A stretch of DNA of 64,000 nucleotides from assembly GCF_964355755.1 (NCBI RefSeq), contig NC_092678.1, forward strand, positions 12,398,352-12,462,351. The letters run 5' to 3'. Below are positions 49,732 to 63,727 of the stretch, piece after piece. Every line of letters starts with the position of its first letter. The first letter of the stretch is position 1. The DNA is from Antedon mediterranea (lineage: Eukaryota; Animalia; Echinodermata). The translations under genes were made by a program, and so were the position numbers. A model generated the notes under the pieces. The model did no database searches, was not told the DNA's origin, and saw only the letters and a list, made by a program, of their open reading frames with translations.

Positions 49732-52509
49732 TGTGTTTTGATTTAACACCAACAAAAGTTAACTTTAACAAAAGTGCCTCAAGAGATTGATTACGTGAAC
49801 AAAAAAATGCGAAATACAATAGAGAAATACAGTGTCCAACAACTCGTGTGTGTAACTAACCAAGCGAAGCACTCGAGATGACGTCACGGAAATATTTCTG
49901 CATACGAACTAATTGAATTGCTCGAGTGGCTATTTTAGATTTGCTTTTTCGTGATAACGGCAAAATCTTAAAAATAACGCTATGGATGAGCCGTTTTTAT
50001 TAGTGTATTACTTTATATGGATTTTATTAATGTTTTAGTGACATTTCTGCTTTAACATCGATTCAGGTCTTACATGGAAACCGCATATCAAAGAAATCGA
50101 GAATAAGATATTCAAAAATATTGGTATTATTTTTAAACTTTCTTGCTTTATTCCATGCCATATCCTCCGTACCCTTTACAGTAGCCTAATCCTTCCATAT
50201 CTTAATTACTGCAATATTGTATGGTGCAACACCTATCAATCAAACACAAACAGTCTCTTTGTTAAGCAAAAGAAAGCGGTTCGGATTATCAATGGTGTTC
50301 CACCTTTAGCCCACACTGACCAACTATTCTCATCTCTTAAATTACTTAAACTTAAAGACATTAATATACTCCAACAAAGCAATTTGCTTTATTCTTCAAC
50401 CACCGGCTTATAACCTCCTAAAATCTGTAATTTATTTCATCCTAATTCTTACCACCATACTTACCCTACTAGAGCCGCAACCAACTTGCATATTCCCCAA
50501 CATAAAAAAACATCATTCCAACTCAACATCAGATTCAGTGGTCCCACAATTTGGAATAATTTACCCATCAACATCAAGAATTTAACAAATAAGAAAAGCT
50601 TTTCATATAATTTTAAACGCCAGTATTATTTCAACTTACGTTCAATAATAAAAAGAAATACAAAATAAATAATACGTCTACTCATTACAGTTTGATCCGC
50701 TGCCTTTGTTTTGACCCTTTCTGTTTTCGTCGTGTGTTCTGTTTGTGTGTGTATGTCTTGTTTTGTTAATGTTGTGTAACCGAATATTAGAAATATTAGT
50801 AACTTTACTTATGGCTTTCCCTACACAAGTTTCTCTTGGTTTTACCCTTTGATTGTACTTTTTTTGGGACTTTGCCACTTTCATAATTTAAAGAAATTTA
50901 TTTGTATTTTTTATAGAAACTTCTTTCTTTTAAATTTTTTAATCTCATAATTTATTTGTAAATTGAAAGAAATGTTTTTTATCGTTATTCTGATTTTGAA
51001 AAAAATAAATGTTTACTTGATTGATTGATTCATATAGACTCAATACAAGCCTACTGAGTCATCCAGCTTGTCGATTCAATTGGGTGTTACTTTGTATAAG
51101 AATGACTAAAACATACAGTATACGTAAGCATTTTAACCGACCAATCAGAACAGGGTTGGAATCTTTTTTTGAACTTTGTTTGGGTGATATTTCCGAGCAT
51201 CCCAATGCTTCTAAAGACGTTGCTTCCGAAGACATGCCGAAGATGACGTTTTCAATTCACTTTTTGGCACATACTGTTTCGTATGTTTATCAGCGTTTCC
51301 AACCCTCTTGAAACCATTGTAAGGCGTTCCATGCGATACAATGTCAAAATGTTGGCTACAACATGCATATCTGTGGCATTTTAGGTCATTACCTGATATT
51401 GCGCTACGAAAGTATTAAGAGTGTCCCCTTAAAGCTATAGTCGTGTACAGCGCCACCTACCGGTGGTGGTTCCGGGGACATTGCGTCTCGATACATCTAG
51501 ACTCGTATCTAGATGACTGTCAGCTGCCACTATTTTTCAAATAAAACTGTAACAGGCCAGGCTGTAAAGTAATAACAAAACTGAGTGAGTAGAAGCCAAA
51601 CATTCTTATTTTTATCATGAAGGTATCAAATAATGTTACACCTCCATTGTCCGTCTGTCCGGCATTATTCAGAGACTAGGGGTGGCCCGGTATTTAAACT
51701 TGGTGGGTGCAGATCGGTATAATAGAATGAGTTTGTGTAAAAACAGAAAATTCTGAAATTGGACCAATCGAGCTGAAACTTGGGTAAAGTAACTAAATAT
51801 TCCTATGTAGAGTATGGAGTTGAGATCTTTGTTTTAAAAATGTATAACATTAAAAAGGCTTTAACTATCGAATTTTTAATATCAAAACAATAAATTTGTT
51901 TAAATGTTTATTTTATAATCTATATATAAATTATGGTTAATTCTGACATAGGCGAGCACAATGCAAAAACTTCGGTACAAATCTCCGCCTTGGATACGAA
52001 CCTTATCCATCTCAGATGTACCGCGAAACGTAGATTTGATAACATTAGTTTTCACATCGACGCTATTGTTCCATATTTCTATGTTAGGAAGATATTATAA
52101 AGGGTTTTAAGTTGGCCGTTGGTGCTTGGTGGCGATAGCCATTTTGGTTTTTTGTTTATTTTTCGACCGCGCGTGTGAAGGTACAGTAGTACATAAAGAT
52201 CAAATTAAATACATTTATAAAACATAGGAGTAAATTGTTGGAAATAATTATATAAAATTACATTACATCGAGAGAATTGAAGATAAGAGCTTTTGTTTTG
52301 AAATCGAATGAGACCCCGATAGCCGAGTTTTTGAGTAAGCTGCCAGGACTTTATGCCGAGATACCTAAAGTTTGAATAAAAATTATATATTTGTGTTATA
52401 TAAATTGGTGTTGCATGTCTTGTGTGTCGAGTCTAAAAAGATATAAGAAGCAACATCACAACATGGTTGCAGCGGTTAAAAAGTAATGAAAATTTCATTG
52501 GATGCCAAA

Positions 52510-52870
52510 GAAGCAGTGAAAATCAGAACTTATTGTGTTGGCGGAACGTGTATTGTGTATTGGAAATAAGCACTGAAAAGCAGAACTGATTGTGTTGGCG
52601 GAACGTGTATTGTGTCTGGGAAATAAGCAGTGAAAAGTAGAACTGATTGTGTTGGCGGAACGTGTATTGTGTCTGGGAAATAAGCAGTGAAAAGCAGAAC
52701 TGATTGTGTTGGCGGAACGTGTATTGTGTCTTGGAAGGAAGCAGTGAACAGCAGAACTGATTTGTTTGACGGAATGTTGTATTGTAATTTTGAAGGAAGC
52801 GACGGAAAGCAGAACTGATTGTGTTGGCGGAACGTTGTATATAGTGCTTTGGAAGAAAGCGGTGAAAGTT
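52510..52870. repeat. 57-bp tandem repeat in the retrotransposon 5' leader
   Basis: About 6 units of GCAGTGAAAAGCAGAACTGATTGTGTTGGCGGAACGTGTATTGTGTCTGGGAAATAA. Confidence 0.9.
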
Positions 52871-53439
52871 GAACTGGGACTAAACATTTGTTGTGTTCGC
52901 ATCTTTTTGATTTCGCGACGCGGTGAAATTTTGGACTGTTGAACTGAAATGTTAATGTTGCCGAATGATTTTTGTTATACAAGCAGGGAACTGTATCAAG
53001 ATTTTAAATTGGTGAACAACATACTTTCTTTAAACTTTAAAGGTAGGGTCTATGAATTTTGTTCCATTATATTTGATTACAGTAAAAGATGCATATTAGA
53101 TTAAGCATAAATGTTATATTATTTAAATTTAATATTGATGGAAGGTTGTGATAGAATACTAATATCAAAAACTCATTAAATTAAACGTGTTAATGGTAAT
53201 GATATACATATTGTCGACATGGAAGAAAGTAATACAGTAGATGTTGACTCAAGTAGAGACAAGGTTAATGACAGTAGACAACAAAGTAATAAGGTAGTTG
53301 TAACTGATAATAACGTGACTCGGGGAATACCAGTGGGTATGTCTACTCAAGAATGGATGCAATTTCAATATTAGATATGAAAAGATTAGACGTGGGAAAA
53401 GGAAATTAGGATTAAGGAACTCGAAGTACAGAGTAATCA

Positions 53440-54292
53440 ACATCAATCTAATGTAGTTAATGCACATTATCAACCTAAATACCTAAACTTAAGGAAGATG
53501 AAGATAGATATTGATATATATCTTAGGGCTTTTGAAAACCTAGCAAGGTCTAACAATTGGCCAAGGAAGATTTGGGCAGCCAAATTAGCTCCAGAATTAG
53601 TTGGTAAGGCTAAGATAGCTTATGCTAGACTTCATGATAAAGATGCGCAGAATTATAATATGCTTAAGCAAGCAATACTGGATAAGTACGAGATTAGTGC
53701 AGAAAGTTATCGAATGAAATTTAGGAGTAGAGTAAGAAATCATGGTGAAGCCATTAAGGAATTGGTGGCAGATTTAGATCACCAAGTTAATCAATGAATT
53801 AAGTTTGCAGGGGTAAATGAAAATGATCCGAAAGGTATAATATAATTATGTATTATGGAACAGGCTATGAACAACTTACCAGAAGATTTGAAGGTTTATT
53901 TAAGAGATAAGAAATCTAAAAATAGTATTGAGATGGCTAAATTAGGAGATGACTTTATTGTTAATAGAGATGGTAGTGCTTACTGGGATAAAGAGACTAA
54001 GTATAAATTTCAATCTGATGGACGTGATAGTTTTTATAAAAGATATAACTCCCTTAAAAGTGATAGGAATCATGACAGAAGGTCTGATAATGTAAATAAT
54101 CACAGGGATAAGACTGCTAAACAGAGTCAAGAAGTAGAGAATAATAGTGGGAATCGAAATAAGAACAATGTGTCACAAAACAATGGGTCAGAAAAGCCGG
54201 TACAAAATAGGTACTCATCTGTTAAATGCTATGAATGTGGTAATTTAGGGCATATTGCCAAATACTGCAAAAAAAAAAAGGTAAAAAAATGA
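53440..54292 (+). pseudogene. Gag remnant (SCAN-related capsid + CCHC knuckle)
   Basis: DIYLRAFENLARSNNWP..LVGKAKIAY..YRMKFR; CYECGNLGHIAKYC. Confidence 0.85.
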
Positions 54293-54469
54293 TAAAGGAT
54301 TTAAGGGTAAGGGACCTAATCCCAAGTCTGGTTCAGGATTTCAATGTGAGAACCAGATGGATCAAGGCATAGATATAGCGGAATGGGAATGGAGAGTACC
54401 CTGTTGCCTGGCTTGCCACCTCCCTATAACCAAACAAAAATTGAGGGATATAGTCATCCCATGATCAGG

Positions 54470-55980
54470 GTACCAACTTCATGTCAAAGATCATGAAGAA
54501 CTTATTTAGTAGGGTGCATATAACTCAACTTTAAACAAGTTCTTACCATCCCCAGACTAATGGTTTAATTGAACGGTTTGATGGGACACATAAGAATATG
54601 TTAATATCACTCACAAAGGAACAGTATATAAAGCATGGGATGACTATATCCCTCAATTTTTGTTTGGTTATAGGGAGGTGGCAAGCCAGGCAACAGGGTA
54701 CTCTCCATTTCAGCTGCTGTATGGTAGAACTATTAGGGGACCTTTGAGTCTAGTTAGAGAGAAATGGGTGACCATAGATAATGAAGCTAAGGATGTAATT
54801 GCATATCTTATAGAAATGCGAGAGCGCATTAGTGAATGGATGGGTAACGCCAAAGTTAATATGATTAAACATCAAGATAAGATGAAACAGCATTATGATA
54901 GAAATTTTAAAAATAGACAATTTGATGTAAATGATGAGGGTCTGGTATTTTTACCAGAGGGGGCAGGTAAAATGGACAATAAATGGCAAGGTCCATATAA
55001 AGTATTAACAAAAATTGATCAAGTAAATTATCTTATACAAATGCCTGATAAACGTAAAACTAAAAAGGTGGTTCATGTTGATAGTTGCAAAAGATGGTAT
55101 GATAGAGACCATGAACAAAGAAGAAAGGAATGTCATTACGTTACTGGACACATCTATGATGTTTATAATGAAACTGATGATAAGACAGAGATTAGCTCTG
55201 AGAGTATTGATGTTATTTATAGAGACTTAGATCTGAAATATTTACAAACACAAACTTGGAAAGATGTTCAAATATCGAATGAGTTAACTTCTAGACAATT
55301 AAGTGAGATGAACAGTACAACATACTTAAGAATCATGCTCATATATTTTCAGATGTACCTGGGAGAACGTCTTATACATCCCATACTTTAGTTACCCCTA
55401 ATGATATTCCCATTCGACAGAGGGCATACAGAACTCCTCATGCCATAAAGAATAAAATAGAAAAAGATACAATCAATGTTGGATTTAGATGTGATAGAAT
55501 CCACATCAAGTGCTTATGCATCTCGGATTGTGGTAGTATCTAAACCAGGTGGCGATATTAGATCATGTACGGATTACAGAGCCTTGAATAAAGTTACTGA
55601 GGTTGATCCATATGAAATGCCGAGAATTGACGACATTTTAGATGATGTCTCTAAGGCTAGGTATATTTCGACACTTGATTTAACTAATGGTTTTTATCAG
55701 ATTCCTTTGGACACTGATATCAAGTACAAGTCAGCGTTTGTTACGCCTTTTGGGCAATTTGTATATAATGTATTATAGTTTGGGATGCAGAACAGTAGTT
55801 CTACATTTCAAAAAGTTTGTTATATTTACAGATCATAAATCTTTGAGTTGGTTAGATAAAACAAAGAGATCAAATAATAGACTTATGGGATGGTCATTGG
55901 CCCTTCAACCATTTGATTTTGAAGTTGTATACAAGAAAGGGATTGTAAACACTAATGCTGATGGGTTAAGTAGAATGTAG
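54470..55980 (+). pseudogene. Pol remnant in the order integrase, RT, RNase H
   Basis: HPQTNGLIERF..GYSPFQLLYGR..WQGPY (IN); SAYAS..DYRALN..MPRIDD..LDLTNGFYQI (RT); TDHKSL..W.LALQPFDF..NADGLSR (RH). Confidence 0.9.
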
Positions 55981-56949
55981 ATTAGTTAAGTTTAGTAAAT
56001 AAAAGGTATTATGCATCTGTAATCAAATACTGGAACTATGTTAGATTCATGACCCAACACTATCATGATTATGTGTTTTGTAGATAAGGAGTTTGGTTTT
56101 CTTTTATTGTGTGTATATGTTTATATGATTATTTTGGTTTCGTTTGTTATATGTTATGCTGATGCAGCAAATGCTAGACTAACACAGTAGTCTAAAATGG
56201 GAAATGGGAATGTTATGAAGTTATTGTATTCATATACAGTATTGTATTTCTCCATGGTTGTATGGTGTAGTTCAAGATGTAGGTCATCTTCACACAGTTC
56301 TCATATTCATATCTGTTACTTTAGATAACAACTACAGTGTATTGTTGATAATTGTTACTTTGATTAGCAGGTCCATGTACAAACATGTACAAAATGTTTT
56401 GCTACTAGTGCTAAGTTTGGTTGGTGATCTGATGGGAGAAAGACTTCCACTTCCGGTGAAGGTGCCGAATAAAAGTTATATATTTGTGTTATATAAATTG
56501 GTGTTGCATGTCTTGTATGTCGAGTTTAAAAATATATAAGAGGCAACATCACAACACATGGAGTAACTAATACGATAAACATTAAAGTTAACAGCCTTGA
56601 AGAAACAGTAAACGAACTTGATTGTACAGTAAACATGGACTTTAAATCGGTGTATGCTGATCACCATCCTATTATGGATGAATTAGACCAGGCGATAGAA
56701 AATTTTAATCAGCAAGCTGACGATCTCGAACAATAATATTTAATTTATGAAATTATTATTGATTTATTTATCTTATATATAAAGTGTTTCCCCAACTTGT
56801 TTATTCATAAATTGTTTTCTGAATTTCTTAAATTCATTATTGAAATAATTGTTCTCGTTCATATTTCTGATACAGCCTAAACACATTGACCTACTTTTAT
56901 TTATTTTTTCATTTATTAAATGCTATTATATTATTTTTTATTATTTTAT

Positions 56950-59900
56950 TTTACTAATCCGTCGTATAATTACCAGGTTATTGTTGGTGCAGAATCGTAA
57001 TTGTTTACTCTAGATTTCCTAATTTGTAATCAAAAAGTATGCAAATACATGTTAATTTTACTTTGCATTGACATACATTTGCAGGAACATACTCCCAGAT
57101 TGGATAAATTATTCCATTGTCTAGCTACATTTCAGTTTCAAAATTTACAATCATTTAAGCTGTTTTTTAGTTCTATTCCAAAATTGTTTATATCTACCAA
57201 GCTATTGTCTTTGTTTCCTATCCTTACTATCGCCACCCTCTATTCACCAGCATGTGCGTCTTTTGTTGTATTTCTTGTATTCCTGTCCACTCAGGCAGCA
57301 CTTGCCTCATTTATCTATCGACTTTCTCCAAATACTTTCACTTGTACTGATAAAGGGCTAGTGTTGCTTGAAAGCTCTGCGAACTTTTCTGGCTGTTTTA
57401 CTTTATCGTCTTGATTTTCGCTTTTTTTTGGTATCTCCATAGAGATCCAGCCACGGATACCCACAGCATTGACATTTTTTCAGTAATTTACCTTTGGATA
57501 TGTACATATATAAATCTAAACATTGTAATCTAGATATAAACAAAACATGATATTATGAAAGGATAACATAAGAAATAATCTTATCATGGTGAAAGTACAT
57601 GAAAGATGGCGTAAGATAGAGTCAAGATATAGTTTTTTAAACTAATTCTATGTCACTCTTATAATAAAAAAAAATCATTTCATAATTAATGGGCAGCAGA
57701 CATACAATTAGATTAATAAAGTTTTAAACATCGGATGTAGAATAACATACCGGTACTTTTTATATTACTATTAAGTTTAATGTATGAGTCGACATCAATG
57801 CACAAATAATTAATCTCAACGCAGTGAAATGTGTTTACAATTTAGTTTAACTAGGAGTTGCCCATGCTCCGCACAGTCTGTTTTTGTATGAGGAAGTATA
57901 ATAAAAAAAACTATCTCTTTCCTGATAAAGGTTACTAAAACAAACTGTAAAATAGGCCATTTTAACATGTTCATAGACCTAGTATTTCTTCTTTTGTAAG
58001 TTACACTATAAGCTGAATGACGGAAAAATGAATACTGGGTATGGAATTTTTATTGTGTTGAAATTTTACATTAAATTCACATTTGCTCTGTGAATAAACA
58101 AGGGTGAGCATAAGAAACTGACACACAACACATGCATGTCAAACATAAATTGAAGAGAAAACGTACATGAGATGGATAGGCATTTTATCATGTTCATAGA
58201 CTTACTTGGTACTTGGTACTAGTTGGATTGTCCTCTTAAGTACTCCACTTGGAAGTCTAACAAAGATGCCTTGGGGGAGTGCCTTGCCTAATTTGAGATA
58301 ATCTCTTTGAATTTGTCATTGTTTGGGGCTTCTATTATATCTCTGGGTAGTTTTTAATTTAAATAAATATTTGTTTTTGCTGCTACTTCAATTAGTTGGA
58401 CGGCATTATTACACCTTCGTGGTCTATCTATCTTTGGTAGGCAGGCATATTTTTAATAATTTTATAGAGGAAGGTAAGCTGGTTTACTTCTCGTCTAGAT
58501 TCTAACATTATCCAATTTAGTTTGGTTAGCAGTCACACTTTTATTGTGTTGAAATGTTACGTATAAATCAATTTGCTCTGTGAATAAGAAATGGTGAAAA
58601 AATGTTTGTCTTATTCGCCAAATTGGCATATAATTTATCTCCGCCGGACGTATTAAAAAGGAGTGTGCAACAAACCGTGAATCAATCACGTGACCGGAAT
58701 ACGTGATTATCAATTTCGGGGGGATCCAAGTTTCCAACTAAATAAACGCTTTAATTATACAGTGGTTGAGACGCGTTTTTATTAGTTATAACATTTTTAA
58801 ACACCCTCATAAATAATGGACTCTACCAATGTTGATCTGCAGCAAAGAACAACAGATCGCACATTGTACGACGTTGTTGAGGTGGTGTTTTTTGGATTTA
58901 TTGTACAGTACTACGATCCGAATAAGAACTTTTCGCCAAGCAAGTATGGAGTAAGTGTATATGCCTATACATTTAATAAAAATGTACCTAAGATTGTCGT
59001 ATGCTTTTTTTTTCAAACTTGTTATTGTTTATATAGCTGTAATCCACCAGTTCCGGCATGCACAAAATGCCTCTAGCCTAGGCTCATCCCTACTCCTCAA
59101 TCGATCGATGTCTCTGGTCCGGTGGGGAATTTTCCTGCGATAAGAAATAGGCCTAGGCAAAATATGGCTCATAACGGCCTACATTTTTATGTTATATCTG
59201 TAATGCCAGTGTAATTACGTATGGATAAAACAGTATAAATCTCCATATTTTTCATCTGATGTAATATGTTAACTTGCGTAATGTAGCATATAACGTGAAA
59301 ATCGTTTATTTTAATATTTATTGTTTTTGGCTTTAAAATGGTAGTTAGTTAGGCCTAGCAGCTCTTTAGGCCCGGATACGACAAAAAACTAGGTCTACGT
59401 TTATTTAATATTCCTTTTTAAACTTTTGTTGAAACAATATTATAGCTAGCGTGAGCAAAGGGTGCTATAAAAAGTGTTTAAAAGTTTTTTCTTGTATCAT
59501 TTGTGTAAATTGTTTATTTTTGGCCGGCAACATATTTTTGGTCTGAAAAAAAAAACAATTTTTACTGACCTATACATTTCTTAGATTTACCAACAACGTG
59601 GCCAACACAATATTTTTTTTAGCATTATTCTACTAATCCGTCGGATAATTACCAGCTCATTGTTGGTGCAGAATTATAATTATAATTACATCTAGGTTTT
59701 GGCACACCTATCATAATTTGTTTACTCTGGATTTCATAATCTTTATTTACATTTTATTTATGTTAAAGGAAAGTCTTTAAACAATGATTGGGTTCGCTTT
59801 TGATAATCCTGGTTTTTTGTTTCATTTTGTATTTGTATGTATTCTGTTGCAATTGTAATGAGCCGATATTGAATAAATCAAATCAATGTGAAATCAAAAA

Positions 59901-62900
59901 GTATGTAAATACATGTTAATTTTACTTTGCAGTGACATACAGTTGCAGGAACATACTCTCAGATCAGAAAAATTATTCAATTGACTACCTACATTTCAGT
60001 TTCAATATTAACCACCTTTTAAGCTGTTTTTTAGTTCTATTCCAAAATTGTTTATATCTACCAAGCTATCGTCTTTGTTTCCTATCCTTACTATCGCCAC
60101 CCTCTATTCACCAGCATGTGCGTCTTTTGGTGTATTTCTTGTATTCCTGTCCACTCAGGCAGCACTTGCCTCATTTATCTATTGACTTTTTCAAAGTACT
60201 TTCACTTGATGGCTAGTGTTGTCTGAAAGCTCTGCGAATTGTTCTAGTTGTTTTCCTTTATCCTTTTGACTTAGCGTTTCGCTTTTTTTTGTATCTCCAT
60301 AGAGATCCAGCAACAGATACCCACAGAATTGTCGTTTTTTCAGTAATTTGCCTTTGGATATATACATATATAAATCTGAATATTGTAATATATTATAATT
60401 ATATAAACCCAGATGTAAACAAACCACGATATGAAAAGATAACATAAGAAATAATCTTATCAAGGTGAAAGTACATGAAAGATGGCGTAAAAAGAAAAAT
60501 TAACATAGGATCATGAGACAGAGGTCAAGACATAGTTTTTTAAACTAATTCTATGTCACTCTGATAATAAAAAAAAATTACTAAATAAAAATTCATTTCA
60601 TAATTTAATGTGCAGCAAACATACAATTAACTTAATAAAGTTTTACACATCGGATGTAGAATAACATACCGGTACTTTTTATATTGCCATTAAGTTTAAT
60701 GTATGAGTCGACATCAAAGTACAAATAATTAATCTCAACGCAATAAAATGTGTTTACAATTTAGTTTAACTAGGAGTTGCCTATGCTCTGCAAAGTCTTG
60801 TAAGTTACACTATAAGCTGAATGACGGAAAAGGAATACTGGATATAGAATTTTTATTGTGTTGAGGAGTTACGTATAAATCACATTGCTCTGTGAATGAA
60901 CAAGGGTGCGCATAAGAAACTGACACACAGCACATGCATGTCAAACATAAATAGCAGAGAAAACGTAGATGAGATGGATTTAAATACTGTTAATAAGTCG
61001 GCATTTTATGCATGTCAACACTTTAGAATATAAAGTTGGTAATCTAATTGCTGATAATAAGATTATCATTCATAAGAAATTCATTCATTACGGTATTCTA
61101 CTAATCCGCCGGTTATTGACCAGCTTATTGTTGGTACAGAATCGTAGGCCTATCATAATTATAACTAGCCTTTGGCGCCTATCATAATTTGTTTACTCTG
61201 GATTTCCTAATTTGTAATTAAAATGTATGTAAATACATGTTAATTTTACTTTGTATTAACATACATTTGCAGGACCATACTCCCAGATCGTCGGTAAAAT
61301 TATTAAATTGACTACTTACATTTAAGTTTCCATATTAACAACCATTTAAGGTGTTTTTAAAGTTTTATTCCAAAATTGTTTATATCTACCAAGCTATCTT
61401 TATTATTTTCTACCCTTACTATCACACCAGCATGTGCTACTTTTTGTTGCATTTCTTTTATTCCTGTCCGCTCAGGCAGCGCTTGCTTGATTTATCTATC
61501 GACTTTGTCCAAGTACTTCCACTTACACAGACGAAGGGCTTTTTTTGGCCGAAAGCTCTGCGAACTTTTCTGGCTGTTTTACTTTATCGTTTTGACTTCG
61601 CTTTTTTTGTATCTCCATTGAGATCCAGCCACGGATACCCACAGCATTGTCATTTTTCAGAAATTTGCCTTTGGATATGTACATATATAAATATGAATAT
61701 TGTAATATAAACGTATATGTAAACAAACCACGATATGAAAAGATAACATAAGAAATAATCTTATCATGGTGAATGTACATGAAAGATGGCGTAAGATAGA
61801 ATCATGAGACAGAGGTCAAGAAATAGTTTTTAGTCGCGGGGACGTGACTCTATAGTTCACTATGTCGGTCGGTCGGTCTGTCGGTCTGTCTGTTTGTCGG
61901 TCCGGTATCACTATGCGTTTTATCGTTTTCTGACCTTATCTTGATATCAGTTTAATCTAGCTAAGTCAATTTTTCACAGTATATTCCTTATGGCCAGGAA
62001 TAATCGATGTGGTTATGTTTTCACGGTGCGCAATAACAAATTACGCGGTCTACGCACGATTTAACGAAATCACGTTTGTAATCATATCTTCACAACCATG
62101 AATCAAAATTGAATAAAATTTGGTACTCATAAATTTCAGGGCATAAATCATCATAATGGCAATACAATTACGTGCGTAGCGCATGTAACGCATGCGTACG
62201 CGCGCTTAAAATTTTCTAAATTTATTTTCGATGAAATAAGAGTACGTTTCAGGCAATTTTAAGCGTTTACAAAATTGCCATGAGTGCGCAGATTTTTGCG
62301 CCCGCACTGCGCGTTAAATGTTATTGCGCACTCTTTTTGCCCGATTTCTGTTTTCTTGACTTACTTTTGAATTCGAATTTACGTTATACGAGCACGTCAA
62401 AAGTGACAGGCTACACACATGTAAATTAAAAAAATATAAATGTTTTTAAACATTTCAACATTTTTAAACTTGTTCAGTAATTTCGGTCAGTTGGTAGGTT
62501 GGTCGGTCGGTCGGTAAACACTAATGAGCACGTGACTGCAGCCATATATATGGCCTTGGTTAAACTAATTCTATGTCACTCTGATAGTAAAATAAACACT
62601 AAATACAAATTCATTTCATAATTTAATGTGCAGCAGACATACAATTAACTTAATAAAGTTTTACACATCGGATGTAGAATAACATACCGGTACTTTTTAT
62701 ATTGCTATTAAGTTTAATGTATGAGTCGACATCAATGTACAAATAATTAATCTTAACGCAGTGAAATGTGTTTACAATTCAGTTTAACTAGGAGTTGCCC
62801 ATGCTCTGAACAGTCATTCTTTTGTTGTTGATAAGTACCGTTTTGGATGAGGAAGTATAATAAAAACTAACTCTTTCCTGATAAAGGTTACTAAAAACAA

Positions 62901-63230
62901 CCTGTAAAATACTACCTAATTATTTTTGGCCATTTTAACATGTTCATAGACCTACTATTTCTTCTTTTGTAAGTTACACTATAAGCTGAATGACGGAAAA
63001 TGAATACTGGATATAAAACTTTTATTGTGTTGAAATGTTACGTATAAATCACATTGCTCTGTGAATAAACAACGGTGCGCATAAGAAAATGACACACTGC
63101 ACATGCATGTCAAAAATAAATAGAAGAGAAAACGTACATGAGATGGATTTAAATAATGTTAATTGGCATTTTATGCATGTCAACACTTTAGAGTATAGAG
63201 TTGGTAATCTATTTCTGATAATAAGATGTA
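56950..63230 (+). repeat. Three dispersed-tandem copies of a >1.2-kb unit containing a PLE pLTR with a hammerhead core
   Basis: Units start TACTAATCCG.. at ~56953, ~59631 and ~61098. In addition 58705-59030 is duplicated at 63465-63835. Confidence 0.8.
61832..62559 (+). mobile_element. HINE-like element, family 2
   Basis: Inserted in a T-run (empty sites at ~57635 and ~60540). subTIR AGTCGCG / CACGTGACT, (GTCG/GTCT)n, 3' hairpin GCCATATATATGGC. Confidence 0.75.
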
Positions 63231-63637
63231 GAGAATTATTCTTTAACGTACGGTGATTATTACTATAACCTTATGCTACTACGTTTTTATCTGATGCATA
63301 CTCTTACCCTGAACGTCCCTACACAATTCTATGTTATTCCCGAGGTTTAAACGTTGTATTTATTAATTAGGCCAAAGAAAAAAAATTATTCTGTTGGCCA
63401 CGACCGACCAACCCTAAACTAACGAAAATGAAGGTCTGCTTTTTTTGTGAGCCAACGTGATATTCGGAATTTTGGGGGATCCAAGTTTCCAACTAAATAA
63501 ACGCTTTGATTACACAGTGGTTGAGACGCGTGTTTATTAGTTACCATATTTTTAAACACCCTCATAATTAATGAACTCTACCAATGTTGATCTGCTACAA
63601 AGAACAACAGATCGCACATCGCACGAGGTTGTTAAGG

Positions 63638-63727
63638 TTGTCGGTCGGTCTGTCGGTCTGTCGGTCTGTCTGTCGGTCCGGTATCACTATGCGTTTTAGC
63701 ACGCGACTTATAGCTGTTGGCCTTGTT
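63638..63727 (+). mobile_element. HINE family 2 3' fragment
   Basis: (GTCG/GTCT)n, CACGCGACT, GGCCTTGTT; absent from the paralog at ~58880. Confidence 0.6.

Larger units (their letters stand above)
46851..50051. mobile_element. Internally deleted Kolobok DNA transposon
   Basis: TTAA TSD, 13-bp TIR AGCAGAAATGTCA (RR..YY ends), and convergent THAP and Cys-rich (KolX-like) genes. Confidence 0.85.
46100..50670 (+). pseudogene. L2/CR1-group LINE RT 3' remnant, split by Kolobok
   Basis: FIDLSKAFDT, GIPQ.S.LGP and YADD motifs. TKFLGV|NIDSGLTWKPHI is restored when 46851-50051 and one TTAA are removed. FSGPTIWN near the end. Confidence 0.85.
52082..56556 (+). mobile_element. Decayed Gmr1-clade Gypsy LTR retrotransposon
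   Basis: LTR end ..CATCACAACA at 52463, PBS TGGTTGCAGCGGT (tRNA-Leu-like), SCAN-like gag, CCHC, then IN, RT and RH. PPT and 3' LTR at 56211-56556. Confidence 0.85.

Noticed and set aside
51021-51420. Possible THAP-like CSQHF fragment on the minus strand and a 96-aa plus ORF
   Set aside because: Other THAP motifs are not recognisable; support is insufficient.
52495-52982. Repetitive ORFs of 135 and 150 aa on the minus strand
   Set aside because: They are translations of the 57-bp tandem repeat in the retrotransposon leader; there are no unique spacers, so it is not CRISPR either.
58816-59076. 86-aa ORF duplicated near 63570
   Set aside because: No domain signature, and the frame is broken in the second copy.
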